Source of the DNA: Bigelowiella natans CCMP2755
Lineage: Eukaryota; Protista; Cercozoa
Length of the DNA stretch: 64,000 nucleotides
Reading direction: 5' to 3'
NCBI GenBank assembly: GCA_000320545.1
Contig: ADNK01001576.1
Location: 1-64,000, forward strand
Shown here one piece after another: positions 20,446 to 34,719 of the stretch (position 1 is the stretch's first letter; each line of letters opens with the position of its first letter). The translations under genes were made by a program, and so were the position numbers. The notes under the pieces were generated by a model. That model worked only from the letters and a program-made list of their open reading frames with translations. It was not told where the DNA came from and ran no database searches.

Positions 20446-22433
20446 TTTATATTTGTATTCCCACGAATATATCCAGATTTGGAGCGAATCATAAACAAAA
20501 ATCACACTTGTGGCTCCTAGCAAAGGCCAACATCGTATGTTGTTAATAAACACCGCCATCATCTATCGGGGTGATACAATGAGATTGGTCACCTGGGAGG
20601 GGGGGAATAGCAAGCTTGCGTCTGCATAATAACTATCGCGAGCCTTTACAAAGAATAACAGGTACAGCTACATGAGTGCATCTATCACCAAGAACGATAA
20701 TGGATGTGCTCACTCTTTTCATCCGCTAGTATTATCTTATCATCATATCATCATCTTCTTCGTTCTCCATCATCGCCAACATCATCATTGGTCATCATTG
20801 GTATCGAGCATCATCACAAACTCTCTACGGTAAGAATGAGCAAAAGCGCAATGATAACCAATTGTATAGCTCGCTTCTTCAGCTTATCTGTATACATCTT
20901 CCTCTTACTGCTGGTGTTATTGGCCTCCCCTCTCTTACTGCGGATGCGATTGATGAAACCTTACATGGAATATAAGTCATATCGACACATTGAAATCAAG
21001 ATTATGGTCTTTCCAACAAACAATAGTAGTCATAAACTTTTACAACTGCGCCGTTCTTATTCCTGCTTCCTAGCTTATTGATTCTCTATTTGTGATGAAG
21101 TCTTCCAGCACCTTCTATCGGCCGTTTCGCGTGATAAATCTTCAGATTGAAGGCAAGTCCCTCTAACACATCCATCTGAAATCGCACAAGCAGCAACGAG
21201 TCTCATGGTAATGGCGACTTTAGCATACGGTGAGAAAGTGCAGCAATACAAAAGCAGACAGATCCACGACAGTTGAACAACAAAAAAAAGACATCGAAAT
21301 CTTTTTTGTCTATATATCTCAGTGATAGTCCGCTGCAGAAGCTGGTTTTAGTCGCCACTACAACCTCTAATCGTATAAACTGTCTCGGTTTCATGTTGAA
21401 AAAAGCTGCTAGTTTTCCAGTATCTATCACGCACTCCTCCGCCTGAACATGACGGGGTTGATAGCAATTCATCTTACTGACGATGAAGGTAATACTAGGA
21501 AAGTAGGGAAACCCAACATTACAAAGGATCGGTATTTCGTGACGTATTTTAGTATTAATTTAAGTATTCCCTCGCACACCTGTACGTTCTCTTTGCTCAA
21601 AGCAGGCAATACTACAACTGCAATTTTGAACCCACTTCGACCAATATCACCACAAAAACTAAATTTCTAGTATCATATCATATGATTAACATACTTTGGA
21701 TGCGAGCAAGAATATGGCAGGTAGAATTCTCTCCGGGGATAGATCCATTATCTGGTTGTTAACCCAAAAAAGGAGGATTTACTCAAGCTTTAAGGCACGT
21801 TATGGGGATAGTTTTCTCTCCCCCTTCCATTTCCCAAAATGGTGTAAAACTTTTTATTACAGGGAGGCAGACATTGCCTCTTCACCAACAGAGTCTAAAC
21901 GAGAGTAGATATCGAGTAGCTTTTTTTTCAGCTAGTACCGATTTGCTGATGTAGAAGCGTTTGAAAAAGACCAGTGTCGTTGCGGACATCCGAAAGGGGA
22001 ACTTATAAGCGCTGCACACGGCGTAGATTTGGTTCACGTAGAAGGCCAATAGTTTCGCTTCCTGCTCTATTGTTAAGGCCTTTCGCCTTTTCTTTTTTTT
22101 CTTCTTCTTTCCCTGTGTTTCAGTGTAAGTAGATAAATGCGAAAAATGAAAAATATGCGGAGCGGCTCACGAATTTGGAACGACTGGAATAGCTTTTAAG
22201 TCCGTAACATAATAGAGGTTATCGAAAGACGAAAAAAAAAAAATAAGTGTTACCGCACTATCATCTTCTGTCTTGACCACAATCGCTTGTTGTTTCTTCG
22301 CTTGTGCATTTTCCTGTTTCACCCTTTCAACCGAGGCTTGGTTTAGAGACTGACGCTTCTTCAGCAGTTCAGCTGGGGAGAAGATCCAGTGTTTGAAGTG
22401 TGTGGAGGATTCAGTTAGGACCGCGCCTTGCAT
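18842..22433 (-). CDS. CCNH: Cyclin H (CAK/TFIIH cyclin), multi-exon
   Basis: N-terminal STHFKHWIFSPAEL; exon near 21940-22080 reads LTIEQEAKLLAFYVNQI...SATTLVFFKRFYISKSV (cyclin box); C-terminal exon FVPKRRKMELQLPPPPSF*. Confidence 0.8.
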
Positions 22434-22702
22434 AATCTCTTACGGCAGCAGCCTGGGGGAGAGTCCTCCTTATCCCCCCTTTCTCTGCCTGCGCTAGAGC
22501 TATGAGTTAAAAAGGAGGGGCGGGTGATCACTTCTCCCTCGGAATTCTAAAATTATTGTTGTTATTGTTGTGGTAAAAATAAGACCCGCGCTCGTTTATC
22601 TGCTGGAAACAAACCTACTTGCAACAGATCTGCAGTTGGAAAATTAGTTACGCCAAAAAGTAGCTATTATTTGAGGCTAGTTTTCCATCGGCATATAGAT
22701 CT

Positions 22703-25195
22703 ATGTGGCATGTCTTTTCAGACGACGTTGTGCAGGTTAGAAATCTCGTCGATCCCAGTGGGAAGTATCCGAACAGGGAAAACTCGGAAACAAACGAACC
22801 GACGGCGGAAATCCTTGTCGCTCTTGAAAGAACTCGAGCATGTTCACCATTTCCCCCGCTTTTTTCGCTGTCGCTAACAAGAAGTGGCATGGCCTTTCAC
22901 ATCACAGTTCCGAGATAGATATTTCTCCCCCCCCGTACTCTCGGGTCTATATCAGCTTTCAGAACAACGATTAGAATGATGAGAAGGTTTACAATCGCTT
23001 TGAGACAAAGATGCCCGCTTCTGCACATGTTCATATTGTCAATGGGTAAAAATGATGATTCGATTAAAAACGTTAATCCTGCAGATTGCCAGCATTCGGT
23101 AGCCACAATGTGACACGTACCCAAGAATCGGTATGTCTCCTTCATACTCTTAAATTTCCATACATGCCATTTCCACCACTCACACATGATTTGAATATCA
23201 AATGCGTTGTTCGGCCAATTAGCGATTCCAGTTGAATCTTGGAGAGGTAGATGAAATGGCCGTCCTAGCTGTTGACGAATGGATTCAAATCGACGACAAA
23301 AAGGATGATAAGGCCCCGAAGGAAGAAACCAAAGTGGAGGGTATCAGTGGAGGATCTGACCTCATCAAGAAGCTACTCAACAAAGCTGCTCCAATCAAGG
23401 CAGAGGCAGAAGACGAAAAGGAGTTTTTTAAGCGAGAAATGTCGATAAAGCCCCCCCTTCCCGGAAAGATCACCAACGTCCCATTTCCCGGAAAGCAGGA
23501 GGAGAGAAAGCAGCTAAGCTTTGATCCCAAGGATATTAATGTGGAAGAGGTTGCGGAGAATCTAAATGTTACACGTTATTTCCCCGAAGGCGAGGTAGGA
23601 TACAGCTGCTCTCGCCTCAAGATCGCTTTTGACCAACCGATGGTGTCCGTTGGCACTGTGACAGATGTCGCCGCGCAATTTGCGAAGATGGGAATCAATA
23701 TCTCGCCTGAGGCAAAAGGTAATTGGCAGTGGTCAGGGACCAAACTCTGCCAGTTCATGGCCCAGCACAGATTTCGATATTCCACCGAGTACAAGGTTAC
23801 CATCCCAAAGGGACTCAAATCCGCTCTTGGGGGGGTACTGGAAGAGGAGAAAAGCTTCGTTTTCAAGACGCCCACACTGAGTTTCAGCAGTTTCTCGAGT
23901 TTTCCACACATGGACCTCAGCCCTGTTTTGTGCTGCACGTTCAATCAGGATGTGAGGAAGGAGGAGCTTTGCAAGGCCTTGAAAGTAGTTGGTACGAGTG
24001 CGACTCCGATCTTCCTCACCCCTGATGCCAAGGGGAATCTGGACGATAATGATGCTGGCCCTCTCACTGATGAGCAGAAACGGCATGTGAAGCGATGGTG
24101 GAAGGCGCAGGGGGAGATGCGCCAGCCTCGCAGTATCTGCCTGAGGTTTTCCGAGCCCTTACAGAAAGACACGAAACACAAAGTCAAAATACCTGCGGGA
24201 TCGGTGCTAGGAGAAGGCGAGAGGCCATGTGGCAGCGCTGTTGAGCGAAACTTTGAAACGTACCCCCCGAATTGTATTTCGCGACACCATCCGGCTCGGA
24301 GTTCTAGGAGTTCTTGCAATCCTGGGACGACGCTGACGATCTGCTTCAAAAACGCAATCAACCGCAGGGCGGTGAGGAAGGAGGACTTCAAGATCTCTCC
24401 GCCTGTTTCGGGGGTAAGTACACAAGCATACGTATCGATGACATTGCACTGGATTCCCTCTGTATGCCCCAATATACTGCACCTTGTATATGCTCCCCCT
24501 CCCCCCCCTCCTCCTTCCTCCTCCTCTCCTCCCCCTACCTGCCTGATTACCTATTGGGCTGCTCCTTATCATCTACAGATGAAGATCCGAGTGAATGGAA
24601 CAAACGTTGCAATAGACCATGATGACCTGGAGATTGGCACAGAGTACAAAGTCACCGTAAACCCGGAGATCATCGACAGATGGGGCCAAACCCTGAGCGG
24701 GGACAATACCGTAACGTTCAAAAAGGTCACGCAGCGAGAGGACCGCAAGTGGGGAGACCTCGGCGGGGAAAGCGGGGTCAGAATCACCCTTGACCCATTC
24801 TGCGAAAAGCCAGAGTACCTCGTGCGAGTGACCAACTACGAGGAGCTTCAAGTCACTGCCTACCGCGTGAGCCCTGCCGATTTTATGAACCGGGACCTAT
24901 TCAACTCTTGGAAGATAGCCAGGCAGGGCAAGGGCGAATGGCCTCTCCCGGTCATTAAGAAAGAGACTCTCGCGGTGGAAGCTACCACGCGCGCTGAGTG
25001 CCGGGGAAAACCACAGCCGTTTCGAATCCCAGTACACCGCTATCTTGAGCAGAAGGACCACAATGGGCATGTGCTGCTAGTTGTTGAACCAACGAAGAAA
25101 GCGTTTCTTAACAACTCATCGCCGCCATCAGGAGTCGTCAGTGCGGTTGCTGACATGTTCCGCAACAGGTGGGGGCAGGACACTGGAAGCCTGTG

Positions 25196-25265
<70 letters not shown>

Positions 25266-25986
25266 AAAATACAACACATAACATGGTGTAGGTGATATAC
25301 TGTTTGTACGTTATTCATCTTTACACTTGATAAATTATTTGGTTGAGTTTCAAATCCTTGTCCACCACCATCATTATCATCATTATTATCTTCATCATCG
25401 CCACCATCATCATCACCGCCATCGGTATTCCACGATGATGACTCTTCGGCCAACCGCATCAGATACAAGAAAGAGCGCCCGCTGTGTGTGGTGTGGCTCG
25501 AGCGCACTCAGCTAGGCCTGGACCTTATTTCCAGCGGCAGAGAAGAAGACAAAAAATACATCGCCTGGGTGACTGATCTTCGCACAGGCAAACCTGTCAA
25601 AGGAGCGAAAATAAAGCCACTTCCAGCGCGAGGGGAGACCGCGAAAGCCCTGGGTACTCGCGAATTAACCACTGATGCTAACGGACTTGTCACCGTCCCC
25701 CCCTCCATTACCAACTTCAAGGGGCTCGTCACCGCCACCCTTGGGGACGATACCACGTTCCTGAATGAGGACTTTAGCTTTCACAGCCATGCAAGAAAGA
25801 TATGGAACGTTTTCAATGACCGTGGGATGTACAAGCCGAATGAAGAGGTCTCCATCAAGGGCTATGCGCGTGAGCTGCAGACGCAGGGTGACGCCCTGGT
25901 ACCCAAGTTTCCGAAGATCGCGGGCAATGGCACCGCACCCGAGTTGGACATCTCCGTTTATGACCCTAGAGGTGATGAGTGTGCAA

Positions 25987-26029
<43 letters not shown>

Positions 26030-26187
26030 GTGTGTGTGTGTATTTTATTTATGGCGAGACGGGGAATGAGGCGAAGAGGGAGGACAACGGGGGATGGTTA
26101 AGTGTACTTTGATTGTATGTGCGTGCGTGCGTGTGTGTGAGTGTGTGAAATTGAAAGTGAAAGGAAAGTGAAAGGGTAAGAGTTCGC

Positions 26188-26228
<41 letters not shown>

Positions 26229-26612
26229 AAGCAACTGAGCTATTGACATGATACCCCAAAATCTATGGTAAATGACCCTCAGGCATGCAGATCGAGTCGC
26301 TCACTCAAAAAGCCAAGCTGAACGCGTACGGTGCATTCCACTTCACTTTGAAGCTGCCGGACAACATCAATACTGGGAGGGTGATGGTGAGGCTAAACAT
26401 AGCCAAATGGGGGAGTTCCAGCCATTCCTTCACCGTGGAAGAATTTCGCCGGCCAGAGTATCTCATCCCCTCTCCCCCCCCCCCCCCTTCCCTTGCATTC
26501 CTTTCTCTCCCATAGCCTCCTGCTTTCCGACTTTCCCAAATTCTCCGTGCTTCTGTTGTAGAGACTCCCTAAATTGTCCTTTTTTTTTCCCCTGGCGATG
26601 GTGTTACTACTT

Positions 26613-26653
<41 letters not shown>

Positions 26654-27258
26654 ACAATTTCTCCAGATACGACGTGAGCGCGCGTCATCGGCCTGGTGGG
26701 AAGAACTACCACTATGCTAATCCTCTTGAGGCAGATTGGACACAGCTCAAGAGCTCCCAGGACGAGACCACCGAGAAGGCCATATCCAACTGCTTAGAAA
26801 CGCTTTCCGTGGTAGCGGAAAGGGAGAGGCAGCAAAGGGCTGGGGCACTTGAGGAGCAGCTCTTTTCTGCGCGCAGAAAGGGAGACAAGGCGCTGCTTGA
26901 AAGCGCCACCGCTAAGATCGCCAAACATAAGGCAGAGGCGGCGAAGGAATTGAAGGCGGAGGAAAAGGCCGAGGAGAAACGTCTGCGCACACGAGTACAG
27001 TTGATGAGGACAAATCCGGACTTCAAGTTCCAAAAGGCGCAGAGTGAGCCTTGTGTCATCGCATCGGTCAGTGCGAACTACTTCGCGGGGGGGGGGCTCT
27101 CAGACGCTCAAGTCAACTGGCGCGTAACGGCTACAACTGCGAGCTACACCCCGCCAAACTGCATTGGGTAGGAAGCTCTTCGTTCTAACCGGAAGTGGAT
27201 TTCGGTGTTTATTCGTGCACTACATTCCGCCGATAGAGAGAACCAGAGAGATCCAATA

Positions 27259-27290
<32 letters not shown>

Positions 27291-29575
27291 CGTGTGCGTG
27301 TGCGTGTGCATGTTGTCCCCTTGTCCCGTGTATAGAATCAAGTTCCATCTTCCATTGCGCACAAATGACCTCCTCCTCCTCCTCCTGTTGAAGGTACACA
27401 TTCGGTAAGCAGTCAAAATGGTGGTGGCAGGACATCTACGTAGGAGGGGGTGGCGACAATTTCAACTGCGTTGGCAACTTCTCTGGAAAGACCGACGCTA
27501 AAGGTGAGAGGGACATCGATAGCATATGATGATGAGGAGGAAAGAGACTTCCAAACGACTGCAGAGTAGAGAGAGGACGTTGCTGTTCGCACGATTCACA
27601 GCGTTTTACTACCTTTGCGGGGAGGAGAAAGAACATCAATGCGCACACGCAAAACACCCCATCCCCTCCCGTCTCCCCCCCCCCTCCACTAATGTTTTTT
27701 GGTGCAGGCGCACACGAGGTGTCAATTCGATGGAGCGGTTTGCGAGACGACAGTTGCAGCCCTCTCAACGTTACGGCGGATGCTAATGTTATGGATATCA
27801 ACAACCAAATGCGAAGTGCATCGACGTCCTTCTTAATCCATCCGTGCCGCTATTACGTCGGCTTTAAGCTCGAAAAGCCTACTGGAGAGGTCTTCTTGTG
27901 CTAGAATGATGAGAGCGTGTTCAACACCGTTTTTTTTTTATCTTGACCCGTGCCATCATCTTCAGCCATCGTCTTCGTTATTGTCCCCCCCCCCCCCCCC
28001 CCCCCCTTCCTCCCCGCCCTCTCCGCGCTCACGTTGAGAAATGCAAAATGAAATGCAACGACAGGCCGGCAAAGCGATTAAGGTCGGCGTCATCGTTGTA
28101 GACCCCAGCGGGAAGCAGGTAGAGGGGGTCAAGGCCGAGGTCACGCTTAGCGGTCACCGCGATGTACGAATGGAAGATGACCAGGGGCTGATGGTGAGCA
28201 AAACATTGCACGCCTTCGATGCCACATCGGTGGTCTCCAAGGCTGGGGAAGGGGGGGGGGAGGAAAAGGAGAACAAGGCAGAGAAGAAACAAACGGTTAT
28301 TGCCACGCTCGTCCCTCCAATGGGTGGAAGCTACAATCTCACTGTCCGCGTCTATGATGAATTTGGAGGGTAATAATAGCGATGGTGTCAGCCGTAGGAG
28401 GAGATTAGTAGCAGCAGCAGTAGCAGTAGCGAGAAGGCGTTATGTACGAAATCGCCAGCGCGATGCGTTTGGAGGAGAAGGAAGCCGAGTCGTCATCAGT
28501 GTCTTTGCTTTCTTTTTCATCTTGTAGTTGTTTGATAGAATGAAGGCAAATGATTACTCTATGTATTGTCATCCGTTCAACGATTCGGTGGCAGTAAGCA
28601 ATACGTCACGGCAATATACGATATATTCTGCCCCCTCTTCCCCCTAACCCCCCCCCCCCCCCGCAGATGGCACGAATCTAAGAGTGCGACCCTGTACGTC
28701 TCCGACCCTGCACAGCCTGATGGAGGATCAGTATCCTACGATCAGTTAAGGATGTGGCGTGTACCGCAAGAGGCTCTCACCCTCATCCCGGATAAGAAAG
28801 AATATGAGGTAATTGCAACTTCCAGGAACAAAAGGGGGGGGGCTGGGGGGGGGGGGGGGTGCAAGGTAAGGCTAGGGAGAGATTTTTATTTTTCAATTTT
28901 TGTGTTTTGCTTGCGAGATGAGAGAGAGGGTTGTTCACGGGGGAAAACAGCACCGATCAATGCTGCTATATTTAAGAGACAGCAGCTCTTTCAACATCAA
29001 CATGATCACGCTGCCCGGAATCACCAAGAGCAGTAAAGAAGCTATAGCCGCCACTCGTCTCCCCAATTTTTCGCACTCTGTGAAACGATGCGGTGTTTGT
29101 TTTTCAGATCGAAGAGACCGCCTCGATCATGATCCGTTCCCCCTTTTCTCCCGCCGAAGGGATTTTGTATATCAAGTGCGACGGGATGGCTGCATCGGTT
29201 AAGGAGGAGGGGGGAGGGGGAGAGGCGAAGGAGAGTAGTTCGTCAGTTATTCCTTTCTCTATTGAAAAGGGAAAAGACAGTGTGGAGGTGCGGCTCAAAA
29301 TTCGTAAAGAATGGCTTCCAATCGCGACGCTTAAGGCTATTATCTCCGGCGCGCACAAGCGAGAGGCATCATTCAATCCCTCCCTCCCTGGGGATGGGAA
29401 AGATTGCGATGATGACGACGCAAAAGGCAACGCCCAGCTGCGGCCTGCTTACGCTTCGGGGCAGATATCAGTCGAAATATCACGAAACTGCTACAAGCTC
29501 GACGTTGATGTTGTGCCAGCCAAGCATACAGATGAGGTCTTTCTATTGTCTTCTCACATCCATTTTCCCCTCTCG

Positions 29576-29634
<59 letters not shown>

Positions 29635-30103
29635 TGTGTGCGTGTATGTATGTTGTATGTGATTCTATGATTTAAAAATTTATCATTAATTCGCCGCGAA
29701 ACCGTTCTCTACTACTGCTACGACAACATACAACAGATCGCTCCAGGGAAAACTATACACAGTACCGTCACTGTCAAAGACTATGCGGGTACTAATCTGA
29801 TATGAGCGGTGTTGTAAAAATAAGAATATCTTCTCAAACGTGGCGGCACGCATCGTCATTTCGCGCAGCGGCTCGGGCTCGATGCGGAGCCAAAATCATC
29901 GATGTTAATCGGAATAATAGTTACAATGATCACATCAACAAGCTCCCTCCGCATGTACAGTACCAACGATGCGACCAGCCACTTCCACAACGTTATTCTT
30001 CCTTTTAATTCGGAAATGAATATAGCCCTCTCGCCCCTCCCCCTTTTGCCCCTTGATGGCCATTCTCCTATCGAAATCATGAGAACACATACACACGGCT
30101 TAC

Positions 30104-30143
<40 letters not shown>

Positions 30144-30914
30144 GCAATCCTGTCCCGAACGCTGAGGTGTGCCTGGTCATGGTGGACGAGGCTGTTCTCT
30201 CCCTCAGCGGACACACAATCACCAGCATGCTCCGGCCAATGTACGCGTATCGCACCAGCCATTCTTCAACGTTAAAACGATCACGCGAGGGCCTCTATCT
30301 CCTACCGCTCCCAGAGGCGAAGGCAGTTCAAGAACCTCCTGAGGAAATGGCTGTTGATGCCTTTGGCAATGTGGAGATGGCTATGGCTCCTATGAAGATG
30401 ATGAGTCGTGCCATGCCGATGAGGTGTGCAGCTGCGGCGCCCAGGCGTCGATCGCGCGGGCGCGCCCAGAAGATGAAAAAACGGAAGAAAAACAATGCGA
30501 AGAAAGAGGCGGAAAGAATGAGCATTGAAAGCGACAGTGACAGTGATGGTGGAGAAGATGACTTCGGCCTGGACGATGATGGCAAAATCGCAGTGCGCAA
30601 GAACTTCAACCCCTTGGCGGCGTTTCTACCTTCCGTGATGACGGATGAGAAGGGAATGGCGGCCGATTTGGAGGTCAGCCTTCCCGACAATCTTACGAGC
30701 TATCGAGTGTGGGCTGTGGTGGCAACTGAGTCGCAGTATGGCTTGGCCGAAGCATCGATCGCAGTGTCTCTCCCCCTCATGGTAGTAATGTCGATGCAAT
30801 GCTGCTTCATCAATCCACATACGGCGTATTTCCATGCAACAGTAGCACTTTTTCCATTAAATAGCGCCTAATTCTCGTCTATTCTATTAATCTAGAAACA
30901 CACGCGCGCGCGCG

Positions 30915-30953
<39 letters not shown>

Positions 30954-33537
30954 GGAATTGAACCCATCAGGTCAGGCCCTCCCCCCCCCGCTTCCTAAAC
31001 TTCGGCGACCAGTGCTCTGTATCCGTCGTTCTGCAAAACCAGACGCCAAGAGATCTTGTCGCATTGATTGCCGCACGCGGGACCAACGTAAATGTCGATC
31101 AAGCTAAATGCGCGGCGAAGGTGACTTTGAAAGCCCTTCAGAGAGGAGTTGTGCACTTCGGGGTGAAGGCGGCAAAAGCAGGAGTCGCGCGCCTCCAGTT
31201 TGTGTCCAGCGCAAAGGTACACGATTTCGGTGTTGTGAGTACAGGCTAGATTCTTCTTCTCCCAGCGAATACCACTGCGCAATGTTTTTGAGGCACATTG
31301 TCCCTGCATTGCTAACCCCAACATCGTATGTTGCGGTACGTTATCCCACCATTGCTAAATCTAGCTCCTAAACCCCCTTCCTGCGTTGTGCTTTTTCTTT
31401 GTCATGCCATGCAATCCTCCGTGTTGGCAGGGGGCGGCAGATGCCGCGGAAGTGAGCCTTCCAGTCTTTACCCCTGCGACCAGCGAGGCCTTTGCCACAT
31501 ACGGATCGATCGACATTGACGGCCAAGATAGCGATATGACTCCGAAGAAAGCAGGAGAAGATGGCGAGCCGGTTGATCTTAGAATGGAGGAGGAGGAGGA
31601 GGATGAGGAGGAGGAGGAGGGAGATGCAAAGCTGAAGGACCAGCTTGTTGTGCAACCCATCAAAGCTCCCAAGAACGTTTGGGGTCAATTTGGAGGGGTT
31701 GAGGTCTCCACATCGGTACGTTACTGCGTGCATTGCTATTTCTGCTGTTGCTATGGATAATGTATACTCGTCACTCTCTTCTTCACAGTCCCCATGCCTC
31801 CACACCTTCACCGCCTCACAGAACGCTTACAAATTGCTATCTATCGACGACTCACCGCCCATTGTTTATCAGACTACCCAGCTTCAGCACCTCACCGACG
31901 CCGTGGTCTCTCTTTACAGCTACGAGTACGAGTGCTCCGAGCAGTTGGCGAGCAGAATTCTTGGCATTCTTAGCGTCAACGACGTGCTGAAGGCCTTCCA
32001 AAGCAGCCAGCTCCCCGACGAGGCCGCGCTTGCATCGAAGCTCAAGTCGTGGTTGAAAACGCTGTACTCGCGCCAGGCGTCCAATGGCGGGTTCTGGACC
32101 TGGGGTCCGCCGAAATGGTACAACCTGCTCACGAAGCCCTCCCCCTTCATGTCAGTGCACGTTGCATGCTGCCTGGCGCTGTGCGAGGAGAAGAAGATCG
32201 AGGTGAAGGAGAGCGCGAAGAGAGCTGCCCTGAGCTACTTGCACAACATCGAGGCGAGGCTGGCAGAGTTCCCCTTCATCAAGTACTGGGGGCCGCGGTG
32301 GTACAGCAGCGTCGTCGTCTTCGCGCTGTACGCGCGCACGCAGTGGAAGGAAAACGTGGCGGCCGAGGCGGCCAAGTTCTATCGAAAACGGGGTGGCGGG
32401 GACTTCGATTCGGAGACCCTCGCGCGCCTGCTTGTCGTCTTATCCAAGGATCAGTTGGAGCATGGACCCCTCATCGCGCAGCTGAAGAAGGACCTTCAAA
32501 AGCACGTCACCGAAGAGGCAGATACTGCTTACTTCATAACATCGTACGACGAGGTTTGCAGCCATATGATGCTGTCATCAAATCGGCGAACCGACGCTGC
32601 GGTGTTGGAGGCCCTCGTGGCCGTTGACGGCACAAAGAACACGCTTTCCCCAAAGATCTGCAAGGGGCTGCTGAAGCATAAACTCAAGAGCGGGGGGTGG
32701 GGCTCGACGCAGGAGAACTGTTGGGTACTTCTTGGCCTTGTTCGCTACTTCCATGAGTTTGAGAAACATGAGCCTGACTTCGAGATAACTCTATGGTACG
32801 GGGCTCTTTTCGGAGGAAAACAGGTGTGGAAAGGCCGCAGCACTGAAACGAAGCAAGTGCTCATTCCAATGAATGGGGTACTGGCGCTGGGCGATAACAA
32901 CTTCATGATCCATAAGGAAGGCAAAGGACGGCTTTACTACCGCATCGGCATGAGCTACGCGCCCAAGTCTCTTCGCGTCGATGCGGCGAATTACGGGTTC
33001 AAAGTCTCGCGCACGTACGCACCTGCCGGCGACGATGACAAGGACAACGTGGTGTTTGACCAGGCAGCGGGGTCGTGGCGGGCAAAGCTGGGAGAGCGAG
33101 TCAAGGTGACTATCACGATGGTGACAACTGCGAAACGGTACCACGTCGCACTCGTGGACTACCTGCCGGCAGGTCTGGAACCGTTAAACCCAGCTCTGAA
33201 GGGATCGCCAAAAGGAGATGATGACGATGCACAGACACGTGGAAGAGGGGGGGGTAGGTTTGGCGCACCGAGGAGGAGGATGAGGAACTACAACAACCCG
33301 TACACCTATCGATGCTATAGCCGACGCTATTGGCCCGAGCACATCAACCTGCGCAACGAGCGCGCCGAGGCCTTCCGGTCTCTCCTGTGGCCTGGGGTGT
33401 ACGAGTTTACGTTCACGACGCGCGCTACCACCGCCGGCACATTCGTGGTCCCGCCCGCGAAGGCGGAGGAGATGTACAGCCCCGAGAACTTCGGGCGCTC
33501 GGAGTCACTCATGTTTGAGGTAGTTGCCAATGAGTGA
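22703..33537 (+). CDS. Bacterial-type alpha-2-macroglobulin (thioester protein) with N-terminal Ig-like domains, multi-exon; start tentative
   Basis: IAFDQPMV, W.WSGTK, DRGMYKPNEEVSIKG, FTVEEFRRPE, VDEAVLSL, VRKNFNPLAAF, LPDNLTSYRV, YEYECSEQ (31933-31944), WGSTQEN, VALVDYLPAGLE, PAKAEEMYSPENFGRS. Confidence 0.9.
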
Positions 33538-34560
33538 GGTGGCTTGCCGTCGTACGACTTCGCAGCCTAGCGGTATCCGGAGCGAAGTGCAAAAGATCTG
33601 AGCGTAAAAATAAAAGCGCGAGCGGTGCCTCCATTGTTTCTTCCTTTGGATCACATCATCACTGGACGTATCGTAGATCACCGGCAGCTTGCAGTGCAGT
33701 GCATGTGTGTTATTTTTTTGTTGGCAGGCTAGCAGGGCTGCTTTCACGCACAGGAATGAGCTCTGAATGTGTGAGTGCCTTACACTCCGTACGTGCGTAC
33801 ATTAGTAAGCGCGTTTGCATGAGCACCATCGCGGGTGTGACTAGCTAATGCAGCGCATCCAACTGACTAGAATCGAACGTGTAGAACACACATACATAAG
33901 CATCGCTAGATCGCCTAATTTAGCTAATCTAGTAATCTACATCGTACAAACATGATCATCAAAATCGACAATGCGGAACAATATCATGCTAATACTAGCT
34001 AGAGCATGCAAGCTAGCAAGCAGCATACATGCTAGCATGGTGCCCACCACTGGTCATACTAGCATGTTAGGAACCTAGCTTACTAGCTAGCAAGCTGACA
34101 CAGCGCACGGAGGAATCACGCAAGCTAGCAAGCGATAGCATGCTAGCATGCACATCTAGACATTCTAGTATCGTATTGTGCAGCTAGCTAGAGCAGCATT
34201 GCGACTACGAATAAATGTGATATTGTAGTCTGCTAGCTAGCTAGCTGAGTTGCACACACTACTAGACCATGGCACAACACGTGCATGGCGTGCGATGCAC
34301 ATGCACGTAACGTATGCACTATGTGAGCACCAGTAGTGTAAGTGGTACGCTAGCTAGCTAGCTAGTACGTACTGCTAAACACGCTCTAGTGCTGTCTACT
34401 GTTTGCTCAGGCTAGCAGGGTTACTTCCAGCTCGCGCATACAAGCTAAGCAAGTCGCGTAGCATGCTAGCATGGATTTAGGGAAAGTACTACGGATTCTA
34501 GTTTGCTATTCAACACAACCAATGTGCGTGCGAGATTTAGATGCATCGATGCATGAGCTA

Positions 34561-34598
<38 letters not shown>

Positions 34599-34719
34599 GG
34601 GTCGGCCGAGTCGGAAAAGTACTCATGTCGCACGTCACAGCGTTGCAGCAACCCTACGATGTTATTCTCGTTCCTGGTTCCTCCTGCACAACATGCACAC
34701 TTCAATCTTGGACCTTCAG

